The translations under genes and the position numbers were made by a program. The notes beneath the pieces are model-generated. The model was not told the origin of the DNA. It saw nothing but the letters and a program-made list of their open reading frames with translations, and searched no databases. This document shows positions 1 to 11,399 of a stretch of DNA of 64,000 nucleotides, piece after piece. The DNA comes from Eledone cirrhosa. Taxonomy: Eukaryota. Location: NCBI GenBank assembly GCA_964016885.1, contig OZ024743.1, positions 165,788,001 through 165,852,000 of the forward strand, given 5' to 3'. Numbering within the stretch: the first letter of the stretch is position 1; each line of letters opens with the position of its first letter.

Positions 1-76
1 AACAATCGCTCTGTATAATCAGCTCCTGATTATTTACTAGAATTCTATAAGAATATAACATCGGTGATCTCAGTAG

Positions 77-149
77 ACAGGAGGGGTAGTTAGCCTTGAT
101 AAGCTTCAACAAAAGCGAAACAAGGCCCTTGTCGGCTTATCTCCCCTGT
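77..149 (+). ncRNA. Type I hammerhead ribozyme, U3:A8 core variant
   Basis: Stem I GGGGTAGTTAGCC/GGCTTATCTCCCC; core TTGATAA (96-102); stem II GCTT-caacaa-AAGC; GAAA (117-120); stem III ACAAG-gcc-CTTGT; GUC site at 131-133. Confidence 0.85.
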
Positions 150-534
150 TTGCTGAGATTAAAGTAAGTGAATTTGTCACTACTCTAAAACAATAGCATA
201 CGGTCTTCAAAATGCTTTTAATTAAGCATAATGTGTATTGCAAAATACATTATATATACATCCATATATATATTGCTATTTCAGAGCTCCAATTCTAATA
301 TATATATATATATACAGTATTTACGTATCGAAAAAGAGAAAAAAAGAAAAAAGGGGAGGATAGGTGATACATATAGTTATTTGCCAAGTAGCGTATGCCA
401 AAGGTGCTCGATACTAGTGCCGGCAGTATTAAATATTCGAAGTGTTAATATTTAGTGGGCTAGAGAGTTAGCAGAGCGTAAGCACGTGGGAAAGTAAAAC
501 ATCGGAGAATAGACCGTTAAAACATGTTTATTTA

Positions 535-582
535 AAACAGCACCTACCTACGTTTCGCCCAGTTGGGCTTCTCAAGGGCATA
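535..582 (-). ncRNA. Minimal hammerhead-like motif (U3:A8) in a TA-flanked PLE-type 3' end
   Basis: Minus strand reads TGCCC-TTGAGAA-GCCCA-ac-TGGGC-GAAACGTA-GGTA; stem I is weak. Confidence 0.55.
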
Positions 583-1515
583 AATAATGAAAAGTGTTCC
601 TTATATTGCTCGGAAAGAGTTTTGGGGGTTAAATCCACATCAAGGTTCATTGCTCGCAAAAATAGCTTGTGTTGATTTTGCAGCAGGTCAAGGGAGGTAA
701 CTCCGGCCGGTGTTAGGGCAGTCTTTCCCGGACAATTTTTTTTTTTTTTTTTTTTTTTAAATATATATATATATATTTATATATATATATATATATATAT
801 TATGAAATACTGTTGGCTTCACGCTCACAATAATTTCTATACTTCCATTTATATATATATATACGTGTCTCGTGTGTATGTATGTACGCATGCATGCGCG
901 TTTGTCTGTACGTATTTGTGTGTATAAATATTTTTATATATGTGTGTGTACGTGCGTACCTATGTTTGTTTTCTTTTTTCTAGTGTTAATTGATAACCCC
1001 TCCCTCTTACCTTCTCTTTGATTTAAAACATTTTTTCATTCTCATATATTGTTTCATTTTTATACATATATCGAGAATGACACTTCTTTTTACTATTACA
1101 CTCCCTTCCCTCTTTATCTTCCGCATATAAGTGACCGCGCGTGTGTGTGTGTGTTTATACGCGTGCTTTCATACTCGTATGTGTATATATTTAATACCTG
1201 TATCTGGATGCGTGTTAACTATATTATCTTACAATTTCTTTTTCAACTCATATTATATACGTATTTGTGGTCACATATACACAAATATACTTTCCCTCAT
1301 ATATGTACTTACGCACACATTTTCGCCATACACATGCATTTGTACATACACACATATGTACATTTGTGAGTGTATATACATACATATACACATACCCTAA
1401 CTATATTTCCTTATTTTTTTATATATCTCTTGCATTACTTTTATTTATATATTTTTTGCCCGTTAAACTCTTGCTTTTCTTGAGGAGATTTTCCAAATAT
1501 TTCACTATGTTTTAA

Positions 1516-1591
1516 ATTGCCTTGTCCGATGAACGAATGAGGACGTTTTTCGTATTCGTCTTATTCGGGAAACCTCTGGTAATGAGGTAAT
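1516..1591 (+). ncRNA. Type I hammerhead with U4C core change and long stem II
   Basis: Stem I ATTGCCTTGT/ATGAGGTAAT; core CCGATGA; stem II CGAATGAGGACG/CGTCTTATTCG; GAAA; stem III ACC-tct-GGT; GUA site; about 110 nt upstream of a (TA)n run. Confidence 0.75.
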
Positions 1592-1687
1592 TATATTGTA
1601 TTATTATACATTAAATTTAGCTCTGGTACTTACATAGAGCACTCTTCACTCCTATGACTTTTTCAATTTTCAACGGAAACTTCAATA

Positions 1688-1740
<53 letters not shown>

Positions 1741-2124
1741 GTGTTAAACCATATTCAATGAGTATGTCAAAGAATGAGTTTTACAGTAGATTGGATATTT
1801 TATATAGTTTTAAATATTTTAAAATATACCTACCACATTTCTATATACATGATTCAAATATAGAGAAAATATCCAAACTAAAAATTATTATAGACATTAT
1901 TTTGAACTCTGAATTATCCATGCACTTATTATTGTTTTTCTTATATATATATATGTATTTAATGGTAACACGTTGAACTCTATTTTATAAAATTATAACC
2001 GTTGTCATTTACCTAAAATATACTGCACCACTAATACCTAATATATATCTATATATATACCTCCCTATATCTTTCTAAATTTCTTGATTACGTACACTCT
2101 GAACTAAGAATAATTAATGCATGT

Positions 2125-2513
2125 ATATTTAGCCGTAACATGCCTCAATCTATTTTTTATTTTCGTTATCATTTACCTAAAATATACTGGCTCATTAATA
2201 TATATCTATATACATAATCGTTATTTAAATATTTCTAACAATAAATACTTCAGAAGCTTTACATACCTAATATGTTGGTATCTTCGTCAAAGAATAATTA
2301 ATACATTTACACCCAGTTATATATAGGAGTATATTTAACCTTAACATGCCTCAATCTATTATTTTATTTTATTTTTATCTTCGTCGTTATTATTTACCTA
2401 AATTATACTGGCTCATCAATATATATCTATATACATAATCGTTATTTAAATATTTATAACAATAAGTACTTCAAAAGCTTTACATACCTAATATATTAGT
2501 ATCTTTGTTAAAG
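2125..2513 (+). repeat. Imperfect direct duplication (spacing about 205 bp) in an AT-rich PLE-type 3' UTR
   Basis: TAACATGCCTCAATCTA...AGCTTTACATACCTAATAT occurs at about 2125-2292 and again at about 2330-2513. Confidence 0.8.
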
Positions 2514-3040
2514 TTTAAATTTAGGAAAATAATCAACAGTATAATATTTCATTCATGATGTGCCAGCTAAATCCTTTAAATGTTACCCTCATAAAACACA
2601 GAAGCTTAGAAATGATAACACACTTATTGAATTTATAAAACTAATATATAAATAACCAGTAAAAAATCCCGAAATCTTGAGTCTTCACCCTAATATTATG
2701 AATTAAATATTTTCAAATTTAACCGTTTAACTTTCGGAAAAAAATCTCCTTCTGCATATATCACCCCCCTCCTTTATCTTTCCCTCTTTATAAATCCTTT
2801 TCCAGTGGCTATCACTGGCTGTTATGATTCATGAGATGTTTTCCTAGATATATTGTGGTATCATACATTTTAAAATCTTTATAACAGTTACATTAAGCAA
2901 CGGTTTTCTTACTCACACATTCTCTAATGAATTTATTACGTTTTTCGCATTTTCTCATAATTAGGGTATATATATTAAATCTTCTCTTAGGTTAATCACT
3001 ACCTTGATTAAATCTTAACCATATAACATCTCAGGGTATG

Positions 3041-3108
3041 TCATTATATTTTGTCTGATGAGGACGTACAGTTGTACATCCGAAATATGTATAATAAAAT
3101 GTAATTGA
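3041..3108 (+). ncRNA. Type I hammerhead ribozyme
   Basis: Stem I ATTATATTTTGT/ATAAAATGTAAT; CTGATGA (3055-3061); stem II GGACGTACA/TGTACATCC; GAAA (3082-3085); short stem III ATATGTAT. Confidence 0.8.
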
Positions 3109-3140
3109 TCAAAAGAACATCTATTTTATTAATATTTATA

Positions 3141-3239
<99 letters not shown>

Positions 3240-3479
3240 ATAATAATAAATTTGAAGACTAAAATCCAAAGAGAGCTCGATAAGGATAAATATATATCAA
3301 ATATATAAGAACCGTAGAGCAAATAGAATGAAATTTCGTTTTCATTCTATTACAACTTATCGTTTTCGGTGCGCCTGGCCGACTGAACTCACTCTATATG
3401 CAAATTAGGCTGCTCAGCCGTTAATGTTCATAAGGAAAGTATATACTTTCGAACGTTCAACCATCTGGCAGAAGGGTAT

Positions 3480-3522
3480 ACGGTGCTGATGATAGCTTAG
3501 AAGCTTGAAACTAGTACATCGT
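3480..3522 (+). ncRNA. Minimal type I hammerhead, array unit 1
   Basis: Stem I ACGGTG/CATCGT; CTGATGA 3486; GAAA 3507; palindromic stem III ACTAGT; predicted cut after 3516. Confidence 0.85.
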
Positions 3523-3672
3523 TCCTGTGTCAGTGTTGAACAAAAAGGTGACGTGGTTGCCTTAACACCGTACGGCATAAATTCAGGCTGTTCGTTTGTT
3601 TACAAATGGACAAAGCGGGCGTTATAATAAACGTCCGCTAAACTGATACGTACATATATGTATGTGTACCTG

Positions 3673-3712
<40 letters not shown>

Positions 3713-3948
3713 TGCTACTGTACGTCTGTATACATATATGTATGTACGTATACATACATACTTACATTTAAGTAAGTGCCGTACTAAGAGTGAGAAATGA
3801 AATTTCGTTTTCATTCTATTACAACTTATCGTTTTCGGTGCGCCTGGCCGACTGAACTCACTCTATATGCAAATTAGGCTGCTCAGCCGTTAATGTTCAT
3901 AAGGAAAGTATATACTTTCGAACGTTCAACCATCTGGCAGAAGGGTAT

Positions 3949-3991
3949 ACGGTGCTGATGATAGCTTAGAAGCTTGAAACTAGTACATCGT
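3949..3991 (+). ncRNA. Minimal type I hammerhead, array unit 2
   Basis: Same motif; CTGATGA at 3955; predicted cut after 3985. Confidence 0.85.
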
Positions 3992-4162
3992 TCCTGTGTC
4001 AGTGTTGAACAAAAAGGTGACGTGGTTGCCTTAACACCGTACGGCATAAATTCAGGCTGTTCGTTTGTTTACAAATGGACAAAGCGGGCGTTATAATAAA
4101 CGTCCGCTAAACTGATACGTACATATATGTATGTGTACCTGTATGTATATATATATATATAT

Positions 4163-4969
4163 ATACATTATGAAGAGAGAAGAAACATTTAGATATAATT
4201 AGTAATAAAATGTATCATACCTAAACTGTTCCTAAATTCCTCGACTACGTAGTTTCGTGGCATAAACAAAAACAATATATCAAAGATATAGAGTCCTTGC
4301 GAGGTCTGCCGACTTATCAAGAGGATACCTCATTTTACTAGTCTCAAGAACGCGTCTACACGACGTGAGAAAGAATCCCAAAAGGCGGAGGGGGAGATAG
4401 TCACGCGATATAACGGTCGAGAAACAGAGCTAAGCCTCTTATAACCACGAAGAAAATACCACGGAGGCGGAGGGGGTATTCATATCGAGGCCGTAGAAGA
4501 GGTAGTGAAGAAGGCGAGAAGTATGAGTAATGGAAGCTTTCCAGTTGTCCCCACACTTCAAAGATTGCTCGACCAGAGGGAGTTATTAATATATTTAGAA
4601 ACACACAGATACATGCGGACACACACATATATACATGAATGCATCCGCACCCAACTGTGAGTTAAGGGTGCCCTCGCAAGGACTCTATATCTTTGATATA
4701 TTGTTTTTGTTTATGCCACGAAACTACGTAGTCGAGGAATTTAGGAACAGTTTAGGTATGATACATTTTATTACTAATTATATCTAAATGTTTCTTCTCT
4801 CTTCATAATGTATTTTTAACTCTGATACTGGTTCAGTCTAGTTCAAACTGAATTGGTCTGTCCCAGTCATTCATTGAGCAACATCGGTGAAGTTGGCACC
4901 CTTAACTCACAGTTGGGTGCGGATGCATTCATGTATATATGTGTGTGTCCGCATGTATCTGTGTGTTTC

Positions 4970-4977
<8 letters not shown>
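4163..4977. mobile_element. Non-coding hammerhead element with internal inversion, nested in the (TA)n of array unit 2
   Basis: 4163-4304 is the reverse complement of 4672-4813; 4589-4672 is the reverse complement of 4895-4977; TA runs on both sides. Confidence 0.75.
4238..4325 (-). ncRNA. Type I hammerhead, U3:A8 core, about 60 nt stem II domain
   Basis: Minus strand reads TCCTC-TTGATAA-GTcGGCA...TGCCAC-GAAACTACGTAGTC-GAGGA; palindromic stem III ACTACGTAGT; GUC site. Confidence 0.8.
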
Positions 4978-5057
<80 letters not shown>

Positions 5058-5292
5058 TGCTACTGTACGTCTGTATACATATATGTATGTACGTATACAT
5101 ACATACTTACATTTAAGTAAGTGCCGTACTAAGAGTGAGAAATGAAATTTCGTTTTCATTCTATTACAACTTATCGTTTCGGTGCGCCTGGCCGACTGAA
5201 CTCACTCTATATGCAAACTAGGCTGCTCAGCCGTTAATTTTCAAAACGAAAGTATATACTTTCGAACGTTCAACCATCTGGCAGAAGGGTAT

Positions 5293-5335
5293 ACGGTGCT
5301 GATGATAGCTAAGAAGCTTGAAACTAGTACATCGT
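5293..5335 (+). ncRNA. Minimal type I hammerhead, array unit 3
   Basis: Same motif; CTGATGA at 5299; predicted cut after 5329. Confidence 0.85.
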
Positions 5336-5485
5336 TCCTGTGTCAGTGTTGAACAAAAAGGTGACGTGGTTGCCTTAACACCGTACGGCATAAATTCAGG
5401 CTGTCCGTTTGTTTACAAATGGACAAAGCGGGCGTTATAATAAACGTCCGCTAAACTGATACGTACATATATGTATGTGTACCTT

Positions 5486-5567
<82 letters not shown>

Positions 5568-5807
5568 TGCATGCTACTGTACGTCTGTATACATATATGT
5601 ATGTACGTATACATACATACTTACATTTAAGTAAGTGCCGTACTAAGAGTGAGAAATGAAATTTCGTTTTCATTCTATTATAACTTATCGTTTTCGGTGC
5701 GCCTGGCCGACTGAACTCACTCGATATGCAAATTAGGCTGCTCAGCCGTTAATTTTCAAAAGGAAAGTATATACTTTCGAACGTTCAACCATCTGGCAGA
5801 AGGGTAT

Positions 5808-5850
5808 ACGGTGCTGATGATAGCTAAGAAGCTTGAAACTAGTACATCGT
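5808..5850 (+). ncRNA. Minimal type I hammerhead, array unit 4
   Basis: Same motif; CTGATGA at 5814; predicted cut after 5844. Confidence 0.85.
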
Positions 5851-5999
5851 TCCTGTGTCAGGGTTGAACAAAAAGGTGACGTGGTTGCCTTAACACCGTA
5901 CGGCATAAATCAGGCTGTCCGTTTGTTTACAAATGGACAAAGCGGGCGTTATAATAAACGTCCGCTAAACTGTTACGTACATATATGTATGTGTACCTG

Positions 6000-6061
<62 letters not shown>

Positions 6062-6608
6062 TGCTACTGTACGTCTGTATACATATATGTATGTACGTAT
6101 ACATACATACTTACATTTAAGTAAGTGCCGTACTAAGAGTGAGAAATGAAATTTCGTTTTCATTCTATTACAACTTATATATATACATATATATATATAA
6201 ATATATATATACATACATATACATACACGCACACATACACACATACACACACACGTACGAATAAATAATTAAAATACTATAAATGTATGTACACATGAGC
6301 CTGTCTGCAAATACGCCCGCACACAGCCCTATGTGGGAACATAAAAACCTAGTGGGTAAGTAAGGACAAAAGGGGAGTAAAATTGAAATAATAAACACAA
6401 ATATTAAGAATAGATATGGGAAAAGTGTTGTAAAAGGTTTGCGATCAGAGTATCTCGTTAAAGAGTGAACTGAGTAAATGATAAAGGTGGTGGGTGTGTA
6501 TGTGTAAAGGGTAAGGTAGAAAGTAGGGGGGATTATAAGTATGAGTTCATACATAGATAGGCTAAGCGAAAGATACATATATTGACCAGATAGTCAAACA
6601 CACCATCA

Positions 6609-6801
<193 letters not shown>

Positions 6802-7686
6802 ATTTCTTTATTTGCCACAAGGGCGCACAAAAAAGGGGATAATACAGGACATATGCCGGGGATTTTACATACAATCGTGTAAAAAAATATTTTCAGCAAA
6901 CAAATTTAACAATCGAAATCCCCAATACGGGGGAGACGTTCCAAATGGGTTTTTTTACACCCTGTAGATAGAACAACCCCTCAACTCCAGGAGCATGTTG
7001 TGCAAGTGCTCTTTTCTTCCTTTTGCCCTCTTCTTCAACCTACAGGTTTATATACAGAAAGGCCCAATCACTCGGGTCATTTTTGCCACATTCACCCACC
7101 TTTCAGTAAATTTACTGGGGTGCAGTACCTCTCTCTCCACTCTGATTCTCCTTCTAAAGTGGTACCTAAAGAAGGGAATGAGTTGTTGTCCGGAGAGAAA
7201 GGCATCTGTCCTCAGTCCTCTCAATCTCGTCCACCATATAACCTCTTTTACCATAGCCACTATACAGAGGAAAACCGCCTCTCTTTTGTTTTTTGAAGGA
7301 AGTTGGCGGTTTGATCCTTACTATGGACTCGGCAGTCAACTGTATTTGTCCACAGGTCGGTTACGCCCGAGCAGTGTACAATTGCGTGCAGGACTGTTTC
7401 AATGTCCTGCTCGCATCTTGGACACGTCTTCTTGGAAGGATCCCTGCCGGGGCGTTCGCGCCTGTAGATCTTGTCTTGAACTGGTAGAGCTCCTCGGTAG
7501 CACTACCAGGCCAGGGATCTTTGGAAGTTGTCCATAGCTCCCGGGCGGAAAGTCCTGCCGAAACAGACTGGTGAGCTCGTTGTCTTCGACACCCAGAGTT
7601 TCTTCGAGCACGTCGTCGCCCTTGTAACGTATTATCCATCTATAGAATGTCGAAGTGGATTCGCCACTGATTGCTCTGCCCACTTC
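6802..7686 (-). mobile_element. Tx1-clade LINE, 5'-truncated copy A
   Basis: Homologous to the 3' end of the adjacent long copy (EVIWWTRLRGLRTDAF; 3' UTR with AATAAA); about 32 bp internal deletion near 7350. Confidence 0.85.
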
Positions 7687-7934
7687 ATAGATAGATAGAT
7701 ATATTTCTTTATTAGCCACAAGGGCGCACAAGAAAAGGGGACAATACAAAGACATGCCGGGGATTTTACATACAGTCGTGTAAAAAATATAAAAAACAAT
7801 TACAACAATCGAAATCCCCAATAGGGGGGAGGCGCCACAAATGGGTTGTTTAATACCCCGTCGATAGAACAACCCTCAACTTCAGGAGCGTGTTGTGCAA
7901 GTGCTCCTTTCTTCCTTTTGCTCTCTTCCTCAAC

Positions 7935-10900
7935 CTACAGGCTTATAAACAGAGAAGGCCCAATTACTCGGGCCATTTTCGCTTCATTCACCCAGCTTTC
8001 AGTAAATTTACTGGGGTGCAGTGCCTCTCTCTCCACCCTGATTCTCCTTCTAAAGTGATACTTAAAGAAGGGAATCAATTGTTGTCCGGAGAGAAAGGCA
8101 TCTGTCCTCAGTCCTCTCAACCTCGTCCACCATATAACTTCTTTCACTATAGCCACCGTGCAGAGGAAAACCGCCTCTCTTTCGTTTTTGAAAGAGGCTG
8201 GTGGTTTGATCCTTACTATGGACTCGGCAGTCAACTGTATTTGTCCCATACGCGACAGCAGTTGTTCTGCATAGTTCCACAGGTCGGTTACGCCCGGGCA
8301 GTGTACAATTGCGTGCAAGACTGTTTCAATGTCCTGCGCGCATCTTGGACACGTCCTCTTGGAAGGATCCCTGCCGGGGCGTCCGTGCCTGTAGATCTTG
8401 TCACGAACCGGTAGAGCTCCTCGGTAGCACTGCCAGGCCAGGGACCTCTGGAAGTTGTCCATAGGTCCCGGGCGGAAAGTCCTACCAAACAGACTGGAGA
8501 GCTCATCGTCTTCGACGCTCAGAGTCTCTCCGAGCACGTCGGCGCCCTTGTAACGTACAATCCCTCCATAGAATGTCGAAGTGGAGTCTCCACTGATTGC
8601 TGCGCCCGCTTGCCAGAGGACTGTGAGCGCCTGAGCGCATTCAATGTGCCAGGCGCCCATTGTTTTCGGTCTTTTCTTCACCCAGGACTGCAGCTCCGTC
8701 AGCGAGACGAGCTGTCGGAAAGCCTGTCTCACAAACAGTGCCCACACCGGTTGGGGGTCGGTGAGGAATACCTGGAGATGCCGCAGCCTCAACGCATGTT
8801 TGCGCATCATCAGCCACGGCATTCCCAGCCCTCCGTTGGAAGGGTGCTGACAGCAGACGATCCTCCTCACCAGCGGAGCCTGCTTCTTCCACAGAAACTG
8901 GAAGAGCATGCGTTCCATCTTGGCGAGGTGTTCACGGGGACAAGGCACGACAGTCAAGCGGTAGTAGATGACGGACGCTATGAAAGTGTTCGCCACCTCC
9001 ACTCGACCTTTCAAGGACAGTTTGCACTCTGCCCACTTCTGGGTGAGTGCAAACACCTTGGCCAGTTTTTCTCCACCTGGAGGTTTGGAACGAACCAAAC
9101 CCCGAGCAATTTCCCCGGTCCGTCCGTCCAGCGTCCAACGACGCTGTCGGACGTCATCGGTTTGCCTCTCCACGTACCGAGTTGCAAACCGACAGACTTG
9201 TCCGGGTTTAGTTTTGCTCCCGTTAGCGTTTCGTATTCTTTCAGTAAGTTTCCGATCACACCATTACCGTCACGTGGTCAGCATAAGCCGACGCCGCTTT
9301 ACGCAGTCCCGGTTCTAGAGGGATGCCCTGCAACAGCTCCAATTTCCGCAGTAGTGGCTCTAGAGTCAATACATACAGAATGGAGGAGAGGGGTCACCCC
9401 TGTCGAATGGAACGCGTGATTGCGAACGGCTCCGATAGGTAGCTGTTCACCTTGACCCTCGCTGGTGTGCATCGCCTCGATCCATCCTCTGAACACGGGA
9501 CCCAAACCGGCCGCCTTGAGAACCGCTTCCAAGTATCGATGGTCGACCCTATCGAATGCCTTAGACTGATTCAAGGTGATTAGAGCCCCACCGAAGCCGG
9601 GTTTACTACCCACCCTCTCTATGATGTATCGCATGAGGTGGAGGTTGTCGTGTATGGACCTGGGCGGGATTGCACACGTTTGCGCTTTCCCTACCAGGTT
9701 CTCGACGACAAGCGCCAACCTCGTCGCTAGCACCTTGGCCAAAATCTTTAACTCTGTGTTGAGCAGAGTTACGGGCCTGAAGTTGTTAATTTCGTCCCCC
9801 TTGTTCTCGTCTTTCCTGATCAGCGTTACTACGCCCTTTCCTGCAGAACTGGGAATTCTCCCGTTCTGCTGCCAATTGCAGTAGACGGCTTCGAGGACGC
9901 CAGAGAACGAGTCCGGCATGCCTATGTAATACTCGTAGGGTAGACCATCTAGACCGGGTGACTTGCATTTCTCGCAGCGGCTCAGAGCGTCCCGTATCTC
10001 AGTGTCCGTGATCGGTCTTTCGCAGAAATCGCCGTCCCTGTTCGAGAGACGCGGCAGGCCGTCGAGGTATGAACTAAAGTCCATTGCCCCGTTCGGCTCA
10101 CCGTCGTTCTGCTCAAACAGTCGCGCAAAGTGCCGCTGAAAGGCCGCGCACATTTGCTTGGGGTCAAGTAACACGCGTCCGTTTGGTCTTTCAAAGACCG
10201 AATCGTGAACTTGTTGCCACTTTTTGCCTCCGCCATTCGGGCCCAGTTGACAGCTTTCGCTCCTTCGTTTCCTAGAGCACGTGTTTTGCTTCTGACCACG
10301 CAGTCTTCGTGTTTCGCATCGAAGAACTGGTCCAGTGCCGTTCTCGACGCTAACACTCTAGCCGCGTTGCCACTTCTAAGTGCCTCCTCTACCTTGTCTA
10401 CTAGTTCTATTTCTATTCTGTTTTTCTCTAAGGCTAACTCTCTGCTATACCCTATCGATTCTATTCTAATTGCTTTCTTGAGATAGTACCACCATCTATT
10501 GTTGACGATGGCTCCCGTTAACTGTTGCTTGACTAGTCTACTTATCCGTTCACTGTAAGCTTTACGTGCCGGCAACGATACGTTCAGCTTCCAGTATCCG
10601 GGTCCCTGTCTATGTATTCGATCACGGTTGACTAAGCAGACGACTAACTTGTGATCTGAATAGGCAACCATGTGCATTCGTGGACAGCTTAACATCTCCT
10701 TTCCCTTTCTCTAATGAAGAACCTATCTAAATACGATCTAGATGTCCCGCTGCGGTTTGCCCACGTCCACTGTGGTGCAGTCGGGAAATCCAGTCGATAC
10801 CTATCGGCCAGTTGGAATTGGCCGATTAAAGTTTTGAGGCTGTTGCACCCCCCTCTACTGGGACATGCTCCCACATAGTCCCATCGTGCATCTAGGATAC

Positions 10901-11336
10901 CATTCCAGTCCCCCACTAAAAGTAAGGAGCGAGACGTTCCCAGAAAAGACTCTAGACGCTTAAAGAAGTCTGGCCGTGATTGCGATTGCCCGGTCGGGGC
11001 ATACATGACCACCAGTCTGAAGGCTCCACCTCCAATACTGTTCACGTCTAGGACTACCAGTCTACCCTCCGGGCCCAAGTGTACTTGCTGTACTTCGACG
11101 TCCAGGTTCTTCCGAAACATGACAGCCACTCCACCTCCACCTCCTGGCTGACAGAGAGATGCGTAGATCTCAATGTCGTCAAAGATGGGGGTTAGTTGCT
11201 GCCTGTTGTGGATCCTGGACTCGGTGATGGCTATCACATCCATACTGTGTGACCTAAGGTCGTTTAAAAGTTGGCCCTGTTTCCAGGGCATCCCTAGGCC
11301 ACGTACATTCACGGTTCCAACTCGTAAACTAGCCAT
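7935..11336 (-). pseudogene. LINE ORF2 (AP endonuclease + reverse transcriptase), frameshifted
   Basis: APE motifs TVNVRGL, ITES, VGDWN, SYLDRF, SDHK; RT motifs KSPGLDGL, NFRPVTLLN, SKAFDRVDH; catalytic motif reads YADH; split over five ORFs. Confidence 0.9.
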
Positions 11337-11399
11337 GTTGGTGAAGAAAAGTTGGAGAAAAAGGACGAAAAGGTGCACTTACCTTTTCGTTTCGCCATT

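Larger units (their letters stand above)
3322..6178 (+). mobile_element. Tandem array of about four non-coding 470-515 bp units, one hammerhead per unit (retrozyme-like)
   Basis: Near-identical units start at about 3328, 3796, 5141 and 5655, with a partial unit at 6145. Each carries ACGGTG-CTGATGA-tAGCT..AGCTt-GAAACTAGTA-CATCGT and an internal (TA)n. Unit 2 is interrupted by an insertion at 4163-4977. Confidence 0.8.

Noticed and set aside
3322-6178. Tandem array as a CRISPR-like locus
   Set aside because: Units are about 500 bp and nearly identical throughout, with no unique spacers and no cas genes, in a eukaryotic context.
11366-11390. AG|GTAAGT splice-donor-like site between Tx1 ORF1 and ORF2 (minus strand)
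   Set aside because: It is a single short motif with no supporting acceptor or transcript evidence.
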